From IMG/VR virus record IMGVR_UViG_642918906_000001, positions 192,001 through 256,000 of that record: a stretch of 64,000 nt of DNA. The stretch is one strand, 5' to 3'. The notes below the pieces were generated by a model, which was given only the letters and a program-made list of their open reading frames with translations, was not told the origin of the DNA and ran no database searches. A program made the translations under genes and the position numbers. Positions 61,887 through 64,000 of the stretch are shown here, piece by piece. Source of the DNA: a virus. Its lineage: Duplodnaviria > Caudoviricetes. The number at the start of each line of letters is the position of its first letter. The first letter of the stretch is position 1.

Positions 61887-62277
61887 TATCGGTCGTAACA
61901 TCGAGGTTCGTGCAATTATCGAGAAAGCTTTTGAAGTATTACAGATGATAAAAGATCCATTGGAACTTTGGTGCATCGTAGACCTTGCTCCTGAAGTACG
62001 CGGTGCCATTCCACCGACAACAGAGAAGCTGGTGTCTATTGAACTGGGTCCGTTAACCCGTAATACCCGGACGACACTACATCCAGATCACTTGATGGTT
62101 TCACTTAGTGCAGACACACCTAAGGTTAAATTGCCCTACAGTGCTATCTACTGTATGGCAACCTCAAGTGATCTAGCCCAGGATCTCAACTGGATGCAGG
62201 GTACATCCGAAGGTCGCGACCTAGCCTATGTCGACTTGGTACAACCTTATCACGGGATTCCTAAGTACCAGCAATAA
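61879..62277 (+). CDS. second, divergent SspB-like protein
   Basis: LVSIELGPLTRNTRTTLHPDHLMVSLS..KVKLPYSAIYCM aligns with the SspB core. Confidence 0.5.
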   Translation: MDNIGRNIEVRAIIEKAFEVLQMIKDPLELWCIVDLAPEVRGAIPPTTEKLVSIELGPLTRNTRTTLHPDHLMVSLSADTPKVKLPYSAIYCMATSSDLAQDLNWMQGTSEGRDLAYVDLVQPYHGIPKYQQ

Positions 62278-62333
62278 AACACTCTCGGGGATTACATATG
62301 TAATCCCCTTCCTATTTCGCCTAGAGGTATAAA

Positions 62334-63707
62334 ATGCAACAGTATCTAGATTCCATCATTGACATTAAAGAGAACGGCGTTTTTAAAGGTGACCGCACTG
62401 GCACTGGTACTCAGAGCAAGCTGGGTCAACAAGAACGTTATTCGCTGCGTGACAACACCCTCCCAGTAATTACCACCAAGAAGATCCATCTACCGTCTAT
62501 CATCCATGAACTGATCTGGATGCTATCGGGTGATACACGTGTAGACTACCTGATCGAAAACGGGGTTCGAATCTGGAACGAGTGGGTAAAACCGCACACC
62601 GCTGAATACCGTGCTTTGATGCCAGGTGAATTGCGTAAAGCACTTCAACCAAAAATCGGTGATCGTCATCTATTGGTCTTTGTATATGGTGAACAGCGTC
62701 CAATCAAAGTGATCGATTACAACTCTTATCTGGATTCTCTGAAAGACGAAGCCGCGCGCGATTTCAAACAACAGTTCAATGAAGAGCAACTAACCACAGC
62801 TGAATACGTGATCGAAGTGACACCAGAAGACTGGCGTCGTGTTAGTACACCAGACTTCAAAGAGCACCTTACTCCAAACCTTATTCCGTACGAATACGAC
62901 CAGCGTATTTATCGACTACTGTTTGATAAAGAGCCGATGAAGTTGATCGGCGGTGATCTCGGTGCAGTGTATGGTAAGACTTGGCGTGATATCGAAGACA
63001 CCCGTGTGATTCCAAAGTATGACTGGGTTGATTATGAAGCTCGTGGTTTTGACTTCGTAGTGGATGTTCCCGGTACCAGCATTGAGAATGATCGTTGTGT
63101 TGTAACCCGTCGTATCGATCAGATCCAAGACATCATCGATCAACTCCGTACCAACCCTGATTCTCGTCGGATCATCGTTTGTGCATGGGCACCTCAACTG
63201 GTAGATGAGCAAGCACTTCCACCATGCCATAGCTTCTTCCAGTTCTGGACTCGTGAATTGACAGTGGAAGAAAGGATCAAGTTACTCCGTACGACTAAAC
63301 CTGAGATCTATAACGTGATTGATGGGACCACAGGGTATTTCGAACATATCGCTGATATCAATGATATCCCTAAGCGTGCAATTAGCTGTCACCTCTATCA
63401 GCGTTCGGTTGACGCCTTCCTTGGAAAGCCGTTTAACATCACGTTCTATAGTCTGCTGACTCACTGGCTGGCTAACCAACTGAACATGGTTGCGGATGAG
63501 TTCGTTTGGACTGGTGGGGATTGTCACATCTATTCCAACCACCAAGAACAAACTGATCTTCAGTTGACTCGTGAACCGAAAGCTCTGCCAACTATTCGCT
63601 TTACTCCTGAAGCTAAGGGTAAAGACATTCGGGAGATCCGTCCAGAAGACTTCGAGATCCTGAACTACGAGTTCCATCCACACATTGCAGGTAAGGTAGC
63701 TGTCTAA
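62334..63707 (+). CDS. thyA: thymidylate synthase (ThyA) with large insertions
   Basis: DRTGTGT, TTKK, IWNEW, GDLGAVYG, DSRRII, LPPCH, YQRSVD, PFN and GDCHIYSNH motifs. Confidence 0.95.
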   Translation: MQQYLDSIIDIKENGVFKGDRTGTGTQSKLGQQERYSLRDNTLPVITTKKIHLPSIIHELIWMLSGDTRVDYLIENGVRIWNEWVKPHTAEYRALMPGELRKALQPKIGDRHLLVFVYGEQRPIKVIDYNSYLDSLKDEAARDFKQQFNEEQLTTAEYVIEVTPEDWRRVSTPDFKEHLTPNLIPYEYDQRIYRLLFDKEPMKLIGGDLGAVYGKTWRDIEDTRVIPKYDWVDYEARGFDFVVDVPGTSIENDRCVVTRRIDQIQDIIDQLRTNPDSRRIIVCAWAPQLVDEQALPPCHSFFQFWTRELTVEERIKLLRTTKPEIYNVIDGTTGYFEHIADINDIPKRAISCHLYQRSVDAFLGKPFNITFYSLLTHWLANQLNMVADEFVWTGGDCHIYSNHQEQTDLQLTREPKALPTIRFTPEAKGKDIREIRPEDFEILNYEFHPHIAGKVAV

Positions 63708-63940
63708 TGGGTCCTACAGCACTTGAGCTGATTGAAACGAATATCGGTAAAGGTATTCCACTCACGCTTGATGATCGCGTGTATTACCATGAAGCTAAGC
63801 AGATGGGCGCTGACTACCATAAGGTGGAACCAGCGATTACGAATGCTAAAGACATTCTGTCTTTACTGAGTCGACATGGCCTGAATCGCACTGAAGCTGA
63901 ACTATCCGAGTGGCTGGATAAACAAGGCGTACCTAAGTAA
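63707..63940 (+). CDS. hypothetical protein
   Basis: Coupled to thyA. Confidence 0.65.
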   Translation: MGPTALELIETNIGKGIPLTLDDRVYYHEAKQMGADYHKVEPAITNAKDILSLLSRHGLNRTEAELSEWLDKQGVPK

Positions 63941-63950
63941 CTGACATAAT

Positions 63951-63968
63951 GGGTCCCTCCGGGGACCC
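63951..63968 (+). terminator. intrinsic terminator
   Basis: GGGTCCC-TCCG-GGGACCC followed by TTTT. Confidence 0.8.
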
Positions 63969-64000
63969 TTTTATAATGTGGACTACCATGAACCCTAAAT

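Noticed and set aside
62580-62950. Intein or intron in thyA
   Set aside because: The frame is continuous, with no Cys/Ser...His-Asn intein ends and no group I P/Q/R/S elements seen

Overview
A 64-kb segment of a phiKZ-like (nucleus-forming, Chimalliviridae-type) jumbo myophage; gene order and content resemble the Pseudomonas phiKZ/201phi2-1 group. Bases 1-20 kb hold a conserved virion module. On the minus strand are the prohead protease, three virion RNA polymerase pieces (beta' C-terminal, beta and beta' N-terminal with the DFDGD motif) and an acidic head protein. On the plus strand are a 2337-aa tape-measure/lytic transglycosylase and a baseplate-type protein. The beta gene is interrupted by a 336-nt ORF-less group I intron (5581-5916). 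Bases 20-64 kb are mostly plus-strand early/middle accessory genes punctuated by TATATTAC-type promoters and UUCG-hairpin terminators. They include thymidylate kinase, a DEDDh exonuclease, an SF2 helicase, a Thg1-like 3'-5' polymerase, a DprA/SLOG protein, an HD hydrolase, dCTP deaminase, NAD+-dependent DNA ligase and thymidylate synthase. The most notable observations are: a Tad1-like signal sponge with a putative protease-cleaved propeptide; a catalytically dead ligase paralogue coupled to the intact ligase, plus other pseudo-enzymes; tandem SspB-like ClpXP adaptors; a candidate programmed -1 frameshift; and a candidate ~170-nt structured ncRNA with its own promoter and terminator. All family assignments come from motif recognition by eye; no database searches were run.
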